Shown here: positions 30,422-38,462 of the stretch, piece after piece
Layout of the letters: each line of letters opens with the position of its first letter
Numbering within the stretch: position 1 is the first letter of the stretch
NCBI GenBank assembly: GCA_963700635.1
Contig: CAVOYH010000003.1
Coordinates: 1,248,001 to 1,312,000, forward strand
DNA: 64,000 bases
Direction: 5' to 3'
From: an uncultured Bacteroidota bacterium
Lineage (GTDB): Bacteria > Bacteroidota > Ignavibacteria > UBA10030 > UBA6906
The notes under the pieces: model-generated
Seen by the model: the letters and a program-made list of their open reading frames with translations, nothing else
The model's database searches: none
Told to the model about the DNA's origin: nothing
Position numbers and translations under genes: made by a program

Positions 30422-31639
30422 CTACAACTGCACGATGTCCTCGGTGTGGTACAATGACAAAAACAGGAGAAGGTAGTCTTTGATATGGCGGGTAATGAGG
30501 AAGTTATTCTTGACATGTTGGCGCCCGTTCTCCCCGAGCCGGTTGGCAAAGGCAGGTTCTTGCAGAAGTTGTTTGATCCAGTGTGCCGTGCCCTCGATCG
30601 AATGAGTGAGGATGCCTGAGTATTTGTGCTTGATCTGGAGAGGGATGCCACCCACGGCCCCCGCGATTGTTGGTTTTCCTTTCCAGAGGGCTTCGGCTAC
30701 CGTAAGTCCGAACCCTTCACGGAGAGATTTCTGAAGGACAACAGTGGAGCCTCTCTGAAGGGCATTAATCTCAATGTCACTGGAGGGGGGGAGGTAGAGG
30801 ACGTGGATATCCTTGTCGTGTGCCGCCTCGTCGTTCACCTGCTGCATGATCGCAGGTCCTTCCGGGTCGTCCGTCGCACCGCCGCCCGCCAGAATGAGCT
30901 GGCAGTTTACATGGCGCTTGGCCAGCCTGTACGCTTTGATGACCCCGACGGGATCCTTCAGGAAGTCGAACCTCGAAATCTGCGTCACGATGGGCCGGGA
31001 ACGGTCAATGCCAAACCGCGTGAAGATGGCATCAATGGTCTCCTCGGGGAGTTCCCGGTTCTTGTCGCTGAGGGGATCAATCGAAGGTGAAATGAGAACC
31101 TGGGGGATACTGAGTGCCCGGGCAAATGCCGGGGCAGAGAACACGGCCGAATCGTATTGGTCAACATACGACTTGAGAAACTTCCAGACCCTTTCATCCG
31201 GGCGGGAGAAGTCGATATGGCACCGCCACACCCACTGTCCGCCGACCTGACTACGTTTGTCCACGAGCGCGATCGGTTGCGGGTCGTGAACGAACACGAT
31301 ATCCCCGTAGGTCATGCCCGAGGCGTTTTCCCTGTTGGTTTCAAGAAAGCCGGCCAATTCATCATCGGAGATTTCCACCGGGACGCCGTGAAGCGCGTTG
31401 TGCATCTTCTTGGTTGTCGAAAAGAAGCGCTCGTTTCCTTTAATGACATCCCAGCGGGCGTCAACACCGAGGTCGCGAAGCAGGGGCAACATGCGGGTAA
31501 GGATTTCTGCCACGCCCCCTCCGACAGCGGTCGAATTGATATTCTGTACTACCTTGCCCTGCAGCCGGTCTGCAAGCAGGAACAGCTCCTCAACGGAGCC
31601 CCTGCCTGTGATTTCTCCGTATTCGCTAATGTGTGTCAT
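30422..31639 (-). CDS. treT: GT4 glycosyltransferase, trehalose synthase TreT-like
   Basis: NSTAVGGGVAEIL, HDPQP, WRCHID, ISRFDxLKDP and QKSLREGFGLTVAEALWKG motifs. Confidence 0.85.
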   Translation of the reverse strand: MTHISEYGEITGRGSVEELFLLADRLQGKVVQNINSTAVGGGVAEILTRMLPLLRDLGVDARWDVIKGNERFFSTTKKMHNALHGVPVEISDDELAGFLETNRENASGMTYGDIVFVHDPQPIALVDKRSQVGGQWVWRCHIDFSRPDERVWKFLKSYVDQYDSAVFSAPAFARALSIPQVLISPSIDPLSDKNRELPEETIDAIFTRFGIDRSRPIVTQISRFDFLKDPVGVIKAYRLAKRHVNCQLILAGGGATDDPEGPAIMQQVNDEAAHDKDIHVLYLPPSSDIEINALQRGSTVVLQKSLREGFGLTVAEALWKGKPTIAGAVGGIPLQIKHKYSGILTHSIEGTAHWIKQLLQEPAFANRLGENGRQHVKNNFLITRHIKDYLLLFLSLYHTEDIVQL

Positions 31640-32267
31640 GCTGGCGGACCATTGTGATAATCTGTGAACGTAAGCCTTCCATGGTTTGCGTGTACGGGTC
31701 AAGCGTGCGCATCTGTGCTGCAAGCGATGTATGGCCGAGATCGGCGAACCAGCGTGAAAAATCGTTGTCCCCGCGGCCCAGGCGCAGTTTTGCGTCAAAG
31801 ATGTGGTAGTAGAGGGCGCTAATGCTGATATGCTCCAGGACCGCAGCAAAATCGCCAAGCCCTTCCACCGCATAGGGTGTCGGCAAGACGAATATCCTGG
31901 ACGCCATGAAGTGAAATTCCTGCCCTCGTGGACAGTCGGCGAGGCGTTCCGAATGGTGCAGAGAGTCTTCGACGGCAGCAACAAAGAATGCCCGCAATTC
32001 ACCGAGCGACTCAAATTGAACAACATCAACACTCGAAAGTCGTTCGCCCAGCGTCTCATCATTCACGACATCCGTCACCCAGTAGGCAAAGTCATTCGGG
32101 GGCTCAGGCGAAAGAAAATGATGCTGGAGGAGGAACCGGTGCGTGTGGTAGTATAATGATGAGTCCGGAATAGCCCGGATACCATCGAGCAGCGTCCGCA
32201 GGTTTTTTGCCTTGCGGCCGAGAAGAATTGTCTGGTCATATTTTGTGTTGAATACGAATGGGGTCAT
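31626..32267 (-). CDS. DUF5752-like protein, a usual TreT neighbour
   Basis: Internal duplication (SLYYH...NDFAxW / ALYYH...NDFSxW); overlaps the treT start. Confidence 0.7.
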   Translation of the reverse strand: MTPFVFNTKYDQTILLGRKAKNLRTLLDGIRAIPDSSLYYHTHRFLLQHHFLSPEPPNDFAYWVTDVVNDETLGERLSSVDVVQFESLGELRAFFVAAVEDSLHHSERLADCPRGQEFHFMASRIFVLPTPYAVEGLGDFAAVLEHISISALYYHIFDAKLRLGRGDNDFSRWFADLGHTSLAAQMRTLDPYTQTMEGLRSQIITMVRQHDTH

Positions 32268-32307
32268 GATACCTTGCCGTTTATGCTGGTGTGAAGATCA
32301 GGCAACC

Positions 32308-32433
32308 TCAGAACACTCCAAATGACTTCAGAACAAGGCCGATCAGGCCGAACACAATGATCCCGAGCACGAGCACCAACTCCCAGGAGACACCGTCCGG
32401 GGTTTGCGATGATTCTGAGCGCTTTTCTTTCAT
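32308..32433 (-). CDS. Unannotated 41-aa single-TM small protein (MKEKRSESSQTPDGVSWELVLVLGIIVFGLIGLVLKSFGVF)
   Basis: Translated by hand; GAGGA RBS upstream of ATG; polar N-terminus and hydrophobic helix; below the ORF-track cutoff. Confidence 0.65.
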   Translation of the reverse strand: MKEKRSESSQTPDGVSWELVLVLGIIVFGLIGLVLKSFGVF

Positions 32434-32444
32434 GGGGCACTTCC

Positions 32445-32660
32445 TCATTCATGCGGGTAAGAAACGCCCCCCCCGGCAAAGGATGGCGGGGAAGTGCAAG
32501 GCGAGGGAAGATGAGCGTAACTTTCGTCAGTCGCCGAGAACGCAGGGCGGAAGCCTCCGCACCTCAGCAGGGCGAGGGACGGGAGAACACGTACGCAGCT
32601 CGTCATCGCCTGGAGAAGCGCAAGCAGGATGCAGGAGGCACTCTGGAGTGTTTTTATCAT
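32445..32660 (-). CDS. Possible leader ORF (MIKTLQSASCILLALLQAMTSC..., Pro-rich tail), 71 aa
   Basis: Starts about 20 nt after the predicted transcription start; signal-like N-terminus; no recognised homology. Confidence 0.3.
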   Translation of the reverse strand: MIKTLQSASCILLALLQAMTSCVRVLPSLALLRCGGFRPAFSATDESYAHLPSPCTSPPSFAGGGVSYPHE

Positions 32661-32686
32661 ACGACCGTATGACGTTCTCTTATTCA

Positions 32687-32714
32687 ATTCTACGAAACGA
32701 GGGGAGAATGTCAA
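32687..32714 (-). promoter_or_regulatory. Sigma70-type promoter for the trehalose cluster
   Basis: Minus strand TTGACA-16 nt-TAGAAT. Confidence 0.65.
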
Positions 32715-32870
32715 GCAGAAAACGCACGGTACGCCTGAGAAGCGCTCACTTGGCATTCGTATTGATTTTCCTTACCTTACGATCATAGTGTCCGAAACCT
32801 CCTCCGTGTCGGATCCGCTGTGATAGTGCTGAACTTCAAGTGATTCTAGAATTCCAGGTGAATCCCCACT

Positions 32871-33872
32871 ATGAACTCCCGTGAACGCGTCTATGCCACA
32901 CTGACCCATACGCCGCCCGACCGCGTTCCGCGCGACCTCTGGGTGCTTCCGTATGTTTCTCTTTTTCGGACGACGGAACTCAACGCGCTCCTGCGAAAAT
33001 GTCCGATGGATTTTGAAAGCCCGGAGCTTAGCCCGGGTTCGAATGACCGGGATCTCCAGCGTTTTGCCCGGGTGGGGACCTACACGGACGAGTGGGGAAG
33101 CGTGTGGCATGTTGCAGAACCGGGGGTTGTCGGCGAAGTCAAGGATCCCATTCTCTCTGATTGGGGCCGCCTCAGTCATTTCGGACCGCCCCGGGATTTT
33201 GGCCGGTCACGAGACTGGGACCATGTCAACAGAACGTGCGAGAGTTCTGAGAAGTTTGTGCTCTCCGGTGTGTGCGCCAGGCCCTTCGAACGGCTCCAGT
33301 TCTTGCGCGGCACGGAAAATCTCTACATGGATCTTGCCTACGATTCCCCCGAAGTCCGCGCGCTGATCACCATGGTTCATGAGTACTATCGTGAAGAAGT
33401 TGCACTCTGGTCCCGTTCTTCCGTTGACGGTGTCATGCTCATGGACGACTGGGGGTCCAATACGTCCTTGTTGATACGTCCGGACATGTGGCGAGCGGTA
33501 TTCAAGCCGCTGTACAGGGACTATTGTGAGATCATCCATAGTGCGGGCAAGTATGTGTTTTTTCATTCAGACGGGAATATCGAGGCGATTTATCCCGATC
33601 TCATCGAGGTGGGGGTGGATGTCCTCAATTCACAGCTTTTCTGCATGAACATCGAAGACCTGGGAGCCCGGTACAGGGGAAAACTCACGTTCTGGGGCGA
33701 AATCGACCGTCAGCATGTGCTCCCGTTCGGCACACCCGCCGAGGTGGCCGGTGCGGTGAACCGCGTGCGCGCAGCCCTTGATCGTGGAAAAGGAGGGGTC
33801 ATTGCGCAGTGTGAGTGGGGGAAGGACAATCCTGCTGAAAATATCGAAGCGGTGTTCAAAGCCTGGGAGTGA
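32871..33872 (+). CDS. Uroporphyrinogen decarboxylase/cobamide methyltransferase (URO-D) superfamily protein
   Basis: MNSRERV..PDRVP, DEWG, LRGxENL, DDWG, FHSDG and FWGEIDRQ motifs. Confidence 0.85.
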   Translation: MNSRERVYATLTHTPPDRVPRDLWVLPYVSLFRTTELNALLRKCPMDFESPELSPGSNDRDLQRFARVGTYTDEWGSVWHVAEPGVVGEVKDPILSDWGRLSHFGPPRDFGRSRDWDHVNRTCESSEKFVLSGVCARPFERLQFLRGTENLYMDLAYDSPEVRALITMVHEYYREEVALWSRSSVDGVMLMDDWGSNTSLLIRPDMWRAVFKPLYRDYCEIIHSAGKYVFFHSDGNIEAIYPDLIEVGVDVLNSQLFCMNIEDLGARYRGKLTFWGEIDRQHVLPFGTPAEVAGAVNRVRAALDRGKGGVIAQCEWGKDNPAENIEAVFKAWE

Positions 33873-33893
33873 ATGAGCCATCCGGTGGAGTGA

Positions 33894-34862
33894 TCAGGGT
33901 GTATAGGTGCCCTCGCGCCTCCAGATGTCTAGCATAAGCTCATAACGGGACAGTGGTAAGCCGGTAAACACACAATTACTTGTTGAAAAGACATATCCCC
34001 CGCCCGGCATACCATGACGGAGCGCGTACCGCACATTTTCTTCCACCTCTTCCGGCGTTCCAGACTGCAGCAGTCCGCAATTGACGTTGCCGATGAGGCA
34101 GACTCGATGGCCAAACCGCATCTTCACATCAGCGATGTCTATTCCCGCCTGCGGATCCAGTGAGTGGAGCGCATGCGGGTTTGCGTCCACCAGTTGATCG
34201 AGGATCGGCCGGATGTTACCATCGGTATGTTTAATCGTGTAGAATCCGAGCGCACGATACGCTGTAATTGTGCTGGTGAGGTAGGGTGCGATAAATTCGG
34301 CAAACATGGCCGGACTGAGAAATGGGCCTTCGTTAAAACAATAGTCGGAGCAGAGGGCAAAACCATCGAGTCCGCCATGGCGTTGTAGTACTTCGGCCCT
34401 GCGGAGTGCCCGTTCAACACGGCGCTGTGCCTCCTCATGCATCGCGCCGCCATCATCGGCAATGCGGTAGCAGAACTCGGTCAGGCGTTCCCCCTCTGGT
34501 ATCTCGAATGTGGGGTCGCCGTGCATCATCAGAAAATACCGATCACCGCTGCGCTTCCGCACCACATCAATAAGCCGTTGTGCCTCCTCAAGAGTATCCG
34601 GATTCGGGTGGAGGAAGATGGCGTCATGGTCGTATTTCTCCGCTGTCTTCAGATAGATATCCGCCATATCGATCCGGTGAAGCTCACGTTCCCGTTCCTC
34701 CATTTGATCCCATTGGGTGTACGAGCGGTGGAGTGGATGCACCCGTCCGAATGCTTCCATGGTGAGATAGAAGACAAGCTCGAAGTGGGGGACACGTCCT
34801 GTCAGGGGTCGCCGTTCCAGGGCGGCGATGAATCGTTGCCGGGGGGTCACAGCATGGATCAC
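33894..34862 (-). CDS. URO-D superfamily protein
   Basis: TPRQRF, SDYC, KHTDGNI, LDPQAG, IGNV and GGGYVFSTSN motifs; GTG start at 34862 or 34850. Confidence 0.83.
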   Translation of the reverse strand: MIHAVTPRQRFIAALERRPLTGRVPHFELVFYLTMEAFGRVHPLHRSYTQWDQMEERERELHRIDMADIYLKTAEKYDHDAIFLHPNPDTLEEAQRLIDVVRKRSGDRYFLMMHGDPTFEIPEGERLTEFCYRIADDGGAMHEEAQRRVERALRRAEVLQRHGGLDGFALCSDYCFNEGPFLSPAMFAEFIAPYLTSTITAYRALGFYTIKHTDGNIRPILDQLVDANPHALHSLDPQAGIDIADVKMRFGHRVCLIGNVNCGLLQSGTPEEVEENVRYALRHGMPGGGYVFSTSNCVFTGLPLSRYELMLDIWRREGTYTP

Positions 34863-35344
34863 GATTTGTACAATCCGTACACGGTCAGGAGCCACGGCAG
34901 AATACTGGCGTACCAGGCGACCTGTGCCCGCTGGATCCACCGGTACTTCTGCGATGCAATCTCCGCAGTGCGGTGGGTCTGCCGGATCAGATCGTCCAGA
35001 TAATCTTCCTGCGACATCGTTTTTACTGTTTCCGCGTAGGCATCTCGTTTTTGCTTTGCAATACTGCCGAAAAAAATGATGGAGAAACTTCCACGGGATG
35101 TTCGCGGGACGGAACTCAAAGACAAAAACAGGAGTCCCATCAACAGACCGAACGCCGAAGCGGCGGCAAGCAGGATCAGCCAGATTGAGAGCCCCTCGGG
35201 TCGGGTAATCAACGCTGCCAGAACCGCGAGCATGGTCGTATTGATCCCTATCAGGGTGGCCACTTTGTTGTCGGCTGCGACATTGGTCTTAAGCTGCCGG
35301 GTAAGGGTGAGTTCCATCATCGTAATGCGGCGTGGGGTATCCAT
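34859..35344 (-). CDS. Pycsar TM-effector-like (PycTM/DUF5706) membrane protein
   Basis: ADNK followed by two TM helices, then PR..., SIIFFGSIA, DLIRQ...AEIASQKY and a C-terminal TM helix; matches the remembered family pattern. Confidence 0.7.
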   Translation of the reverse strand: MDTPRRITMMELTLTRQLKTNVAADNKVATLIGINTTMLAVLAALITRPEGLSIWLILLAAASAFGLLMGLLFLSLSSVPRTSRGSFSIIFFGSIAKQKRDAYAETVKTMSQEDYLDDLIRQTHRTAEIASQKYRWIQRAQVAWYASILPWLLTVYGLYKS

Positions 35345-35511
35345 TCTGACCTTCCGAGTGATCTTTCCAGACTATGGGATGAAGATAGTAAGAAATCCCG
35401 CCGGACGCCAATCACGTACAGAGGGAATCTCCTGAAAAGACTCAAAGATTCGCGGTTCCAGGGAGTGCGAAGAGATATTTGACTATATTCACTATGAGGC
35501 CAATTCTGCAT

Positions 35512-35590
35512 ATTGGATCGCTCCAATTCGCTCAAGATGGCGCTTGTACATGAAACTACTGGTCTGTATAATGTATTGGAAGGGTCCAAT
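35512..35590 (+). promoter_or_regulatory. Promoter of the MocR gene flanked by two ATTGGA-N4-TCCAAT palindromes
   Basis: Palindromes at 35512-35527 and 35575-35590; TTGTAC (35544)-17 nt-TATAAT (35567) lies between them. Confidence 0.7.
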
Positions 35591-35612
35591 TTCAGGATAA
35601 GGAAATCAGAGA

Positions 35613-37124
35613 GTGAACCTGTCAATTGACAGAGAGAGTTCCACTCCGATCTACCGACAGATCATCCGGCAGATACGGGACTTGATTATTTCCGGACAAC
35701 TTCCGCCGGGTTTCCGCCTCCCCCCGGAGCGGCGTCTGGCGGCAGCGCTTGACGTGGCCCGGACGACTGTCGTCAGCGCCTATGACGAGCTCAAGGCAGA
35801 AGGGCTTCTGGATGCACGTGTAGGTCGCGGGACAGTTGTGCTTTCCCCGCGCCATGGTGAGGCCCACGCTGAGACCGGTCGGAGTATTCCCTGGCTGCAT
35901 CTCTTTCATGATGAGGGGCAACGTCCGCCAGACCCCCTCGTACGAAACCTCCTTGAGACGAGCATGCGCCCGGGCGTGATCTCCTTTGCGGTAGGTCTCC
36001 CTTCTCCGCGACTGCTCCCCATACCGGATATCCAGCAGCTGGTGCATCGCCTGTTCGCCGATGTGGGGCCGCAACTTCTTCTCCAGACCCCGACCGAAGG
36101 CCATCTTCCGCTGCGGGAGTCGCTCTGCAAGTGGTTCACCACCAGGGGCGTAGTTTGCTCGGCCGATGAAATCCTGATTCTCTCCGGTTCCCAACAGGGC
36201 CTCCATCTCGCTGCGCGGCTTTTCCTTAACCCGGGCGACACCGTCATCGTCGAGGCTCCCACATATTTTGGTGCCCTTGAAGCCTTCCGCAGAGCAGGGG
36301 CACGGATCGTGGACGTGCCGGTGGATGCTGAGGGAATGCAGGTCGACATTTTTGCTTCTCTGCTGCGCCACCACCGGCCACGACTTCTGTATCTTCTGCC
36401 CACGTTTCAGAATCCGTCCGGATCGGTGCTGAGTCTGGACCGACGCCGGCAGTTGTTGCAGGTAGCCGGCCGGCATGGTATTCCTGTGTTGGAAGACGAC
36501 ACCTACTCGGAGCTCCGCTACGAGGGGACACCACTCCCGTCGCTCAAGGCGATGGATGACGGTGGGATCGTCATGAGCCTCGGCACGGTCTCGAAAATGC
36601 TCTTCCCCGGATTGCGGCTCGGCTGGCTTGTTGCGCCACGCCCGGTGATCCGCCGTTTTGCACTTGCCAAACAAACCGACGATCTCCACTCAAGCACGAT
36701 CGGGCAGTGGATTCTGGAGAGTATGATCCGCGAGGGCAAGCTCGAGAGACATCTGGCGGCAGTGCGGGAAGCCTATCGCCTGCAGCGAGACACCATGGGC
36801 CACGCTCTGAAGGCCGCCGCAGTCGACGGCATTCGCTGGCACGTCCCGGAAGGTGGATTCTACTTCTGGATTGAATTACCCCGCGCCGTCGACCGGGCCC
36901 GCCTGAGTGCAGTGGCGGCAGAACGCGGCGTGAGCTTTCTTTTCGGACACGCATGTTTCGCCGAAGAACCCCCCGCGAACATGATCCGGCTGAACTTTAC
37001 GTTCCCGACCGTCGAAGAGATACGGGACGGCATCCCCCGCTTGCTTCATGCGGTCCGCGACGTGCTCGGCAGCAGCGGCGGAGTGGGGGCGCATCATCAT
37101 ACAGCAACCAGGCCACTTGTGTAG
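35613..37124 (+). CDS. MocR/GabR-family regulator (GntR wHTH + PLP aminotransferase domain)
   Basis: PIYRQI, LPPERRLA...TVVSAYDEL, SGSQQGL, FQNPSG and SKMLFPGLRLGW motifs. Confidence 0.92.
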   Translation: MNLSIDRESSTPIYRQIIRQIRDLIISGQLPPGFRLPPERRLAAALDVARTTVVSAYDELKAEGLLDARVGRGTVVLSPRHGEAHAETGRSIPWLHLFHDEGQRPPDPLVRNLLETSMRPGVISFAVGLPSPRLLPIPDIQQLVHRLFADVGPQLLLQTPTEGHLPLRESLCKWFTTRGVVCSADEILILSGSQQGLHLAARLFLNPGDTVIVEAPTYFGALEAFRRAGARIVDVPVDAEGMQVDIFASLLRHHRPRLLYLLPTFQNPSGSVLSLDRRRQLLQVAGRHGIPVLEDDTYSELRYEGTPLPSLKAMDDGGIVMSLGTVSKMLFPGLRLGWLVAPRPVIRRFALAKQTDDLHSSTIGQWILESMIREGKLERHLAAVREAYRLQRDTMGHALKAAAVDGIRWHVPEGGFYFWIELPRAVDRARLSAVAAERGVSFLFGHACFAEEPPANMIRLNFTFPTVEEIRDGIPRLLHAVRDVLGSSGGVGAHHHTATRPLV

Positions 37125-37151
37125 CACACGACAATGTGAAGGAGTGTCACT

Positions 37152-38366
37152 ATGGATACACGGTTTGCAGCCCGCATGGGAATTCTCAGGGCATCCGACA
37201 TCCGTGAGATTTTGAAGGTAACGCAGGATCCTTCCATAATTTCGTTCGCGGGGGGGCTCCCTGCCCCCGAGCTGTTTCCTGCCGCGGCGATCGCCGAATG
37301 CGCCGTTACCGTGCTCTCGACTCAGGGAGAAATCGCCCTGCAGTATTCTCCCACAGAGGGGTTTTTCAGGCTCAGACAGATCATAGCAGACCGGATGAAT
37401 GTGCTCTGGAAGACGCATCTGATGGCGGAAGAGATTCTCGTGACGACGGGATCGCAACAGGGTCTGGATCTGACCGGCAAACTGTTTCTGGATGAAGGGG
37501 ACATTGTGCTGTGCGAGAGTCCGACCTATCTCGGCGCCATCATGGCGTTTAATGTGTTCAGACCCCGATGGATGGAAGTGCCGACCGACGATGCGGGGAT
37601 GGAGATGGAGGCACTGGAGGAGGCGTTACGCAGCAATGACCGTGTAAAATTGATCTATACGGTGCCGAATTTCCAGAATCCGACCGGCCGGAGCTGGTCT
37701 GACGGCCGGCGGGAACGGCTTGTGTATCTTGCGGCCAAGTATGCAGTCCCTGTGATCGAGGACAACCCCTATGGTGAACTCTGTTTTGAAGGTCCGTCTC
37801 CGAAGGCCATCCAGGCAATGGATCCGCGCGGGTTGGTGATTTCGCTCGGAACATTCTCCAAGATCTTTTGCCCGGGGCTTCGTCTCGGATGGGTCGCCGC
37901 ACACAGGCGGTTTCTTGACAAGTACGTGGTCCTGAAGCAGGCCGGCGACCTGCACACCTCCACGATGGATCAGATGGTTGCGGCGTCGTATCTGGATACG
38001 TATGATCTGGAGGAAGATATCACGCACAAGCGCGAAGTCTACAGGAAGCGGCGTGATGCCATGGCGATGGCTCTCGAAGCTGAAATGCCGCCAGGGGTAG
38101 GCTTCACGCGTCCCAGCGGCGGTCTGTTTCTGTGGGTGGAACTGCCGGAGAAGATGGATGCCCGGCGTCTCCTGGTTCGTTCGCTCGACCGGGGAGTAGC
38201 GTTTGTCCCGGGCGAGCCGTTCTTTCCGACGAGCGGGAGGAAGAACACCATGCGGTTGAATTACTCAAACATGCCGGAGGAGCGCATTATTGAAGGCGTC
38301 CGACGGCTTGCAGCGGCGGTGCGCGAGGAACTCGGGGTCGGACGCGAGGCGGCGGCCCCCGTCTGA
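37152..38366 (+). CDS. PLP-dependent class I/II aminotransferase (2-aminoadipate transaminase-like)
   Basis: SDIREILK, ISFAGGLP, FQNPTG, EDNPYGEL and TFSKIFCPGLRLGW motifs. Confidence 0.88.
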   Translation: MDTRFAARMGILRASDIREILKVTQDPSIISFAGGLPAPELFPAAAIAECAVTVLSTQGEIALQYSPTEGFFRLRQIIADRMNVLWKTHLMAEEILVTTGSQQGLDLTGKLFLDEGDIVLCESPTYLGAIMAFNVFRPRWMEVPTDDAGMEMEALEEALRSNDRVKLIYTVPNFQNPTGRSWSDGRRERLVYLAAKYAVPVIEDNPYGELCFEGPSPKAIQAMDPRGLVISLGTFSKIFCPGLRLGWVAAHRRFLDKYVVLKQAGDLHTSTMDQMVAASYLDTYDLEEDITHKREVYRKRRDAMAMALEAEMPPGVGFTRPSGGLFLWVELPEKMDARRLLVRSLDRGVAFVPGEPFFPTSGRKNTMRLNYSNMPEERIIEGVRRLAAAVREELGVGREAAAPV

Positions 38367-38382
38367 TACAGGATAACAACGA

Positions 38383-38411
38383 AAGGCCGTGGTCAAAAGA
38401 ACCACGGCCTT
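38383..38411. terminator. Probable terminator between convergent genes
   Basis: AAGGCCGTGGT-N7-ACCACGGCCTT perfect 11-bp stem. Confidence 0.7.
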
Positions 38412-38462
38412 CCGGGTACGTCTGCGTGCGCTCTTCATACACGCATAGTGTGTTGGCGCAGT

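Noticed and set aside
31640-32062. Long N-terminal extension of TreT given by the ORF track
   Set aside because: It overlaps the DUF5752-like gene in another frame; TreT similarity begins at ATG 31639.
34859-35344. Complete Pycsar defence system or defence island
   Set aside because: No cyclase, other defence genes or mobility genes are adjacent.
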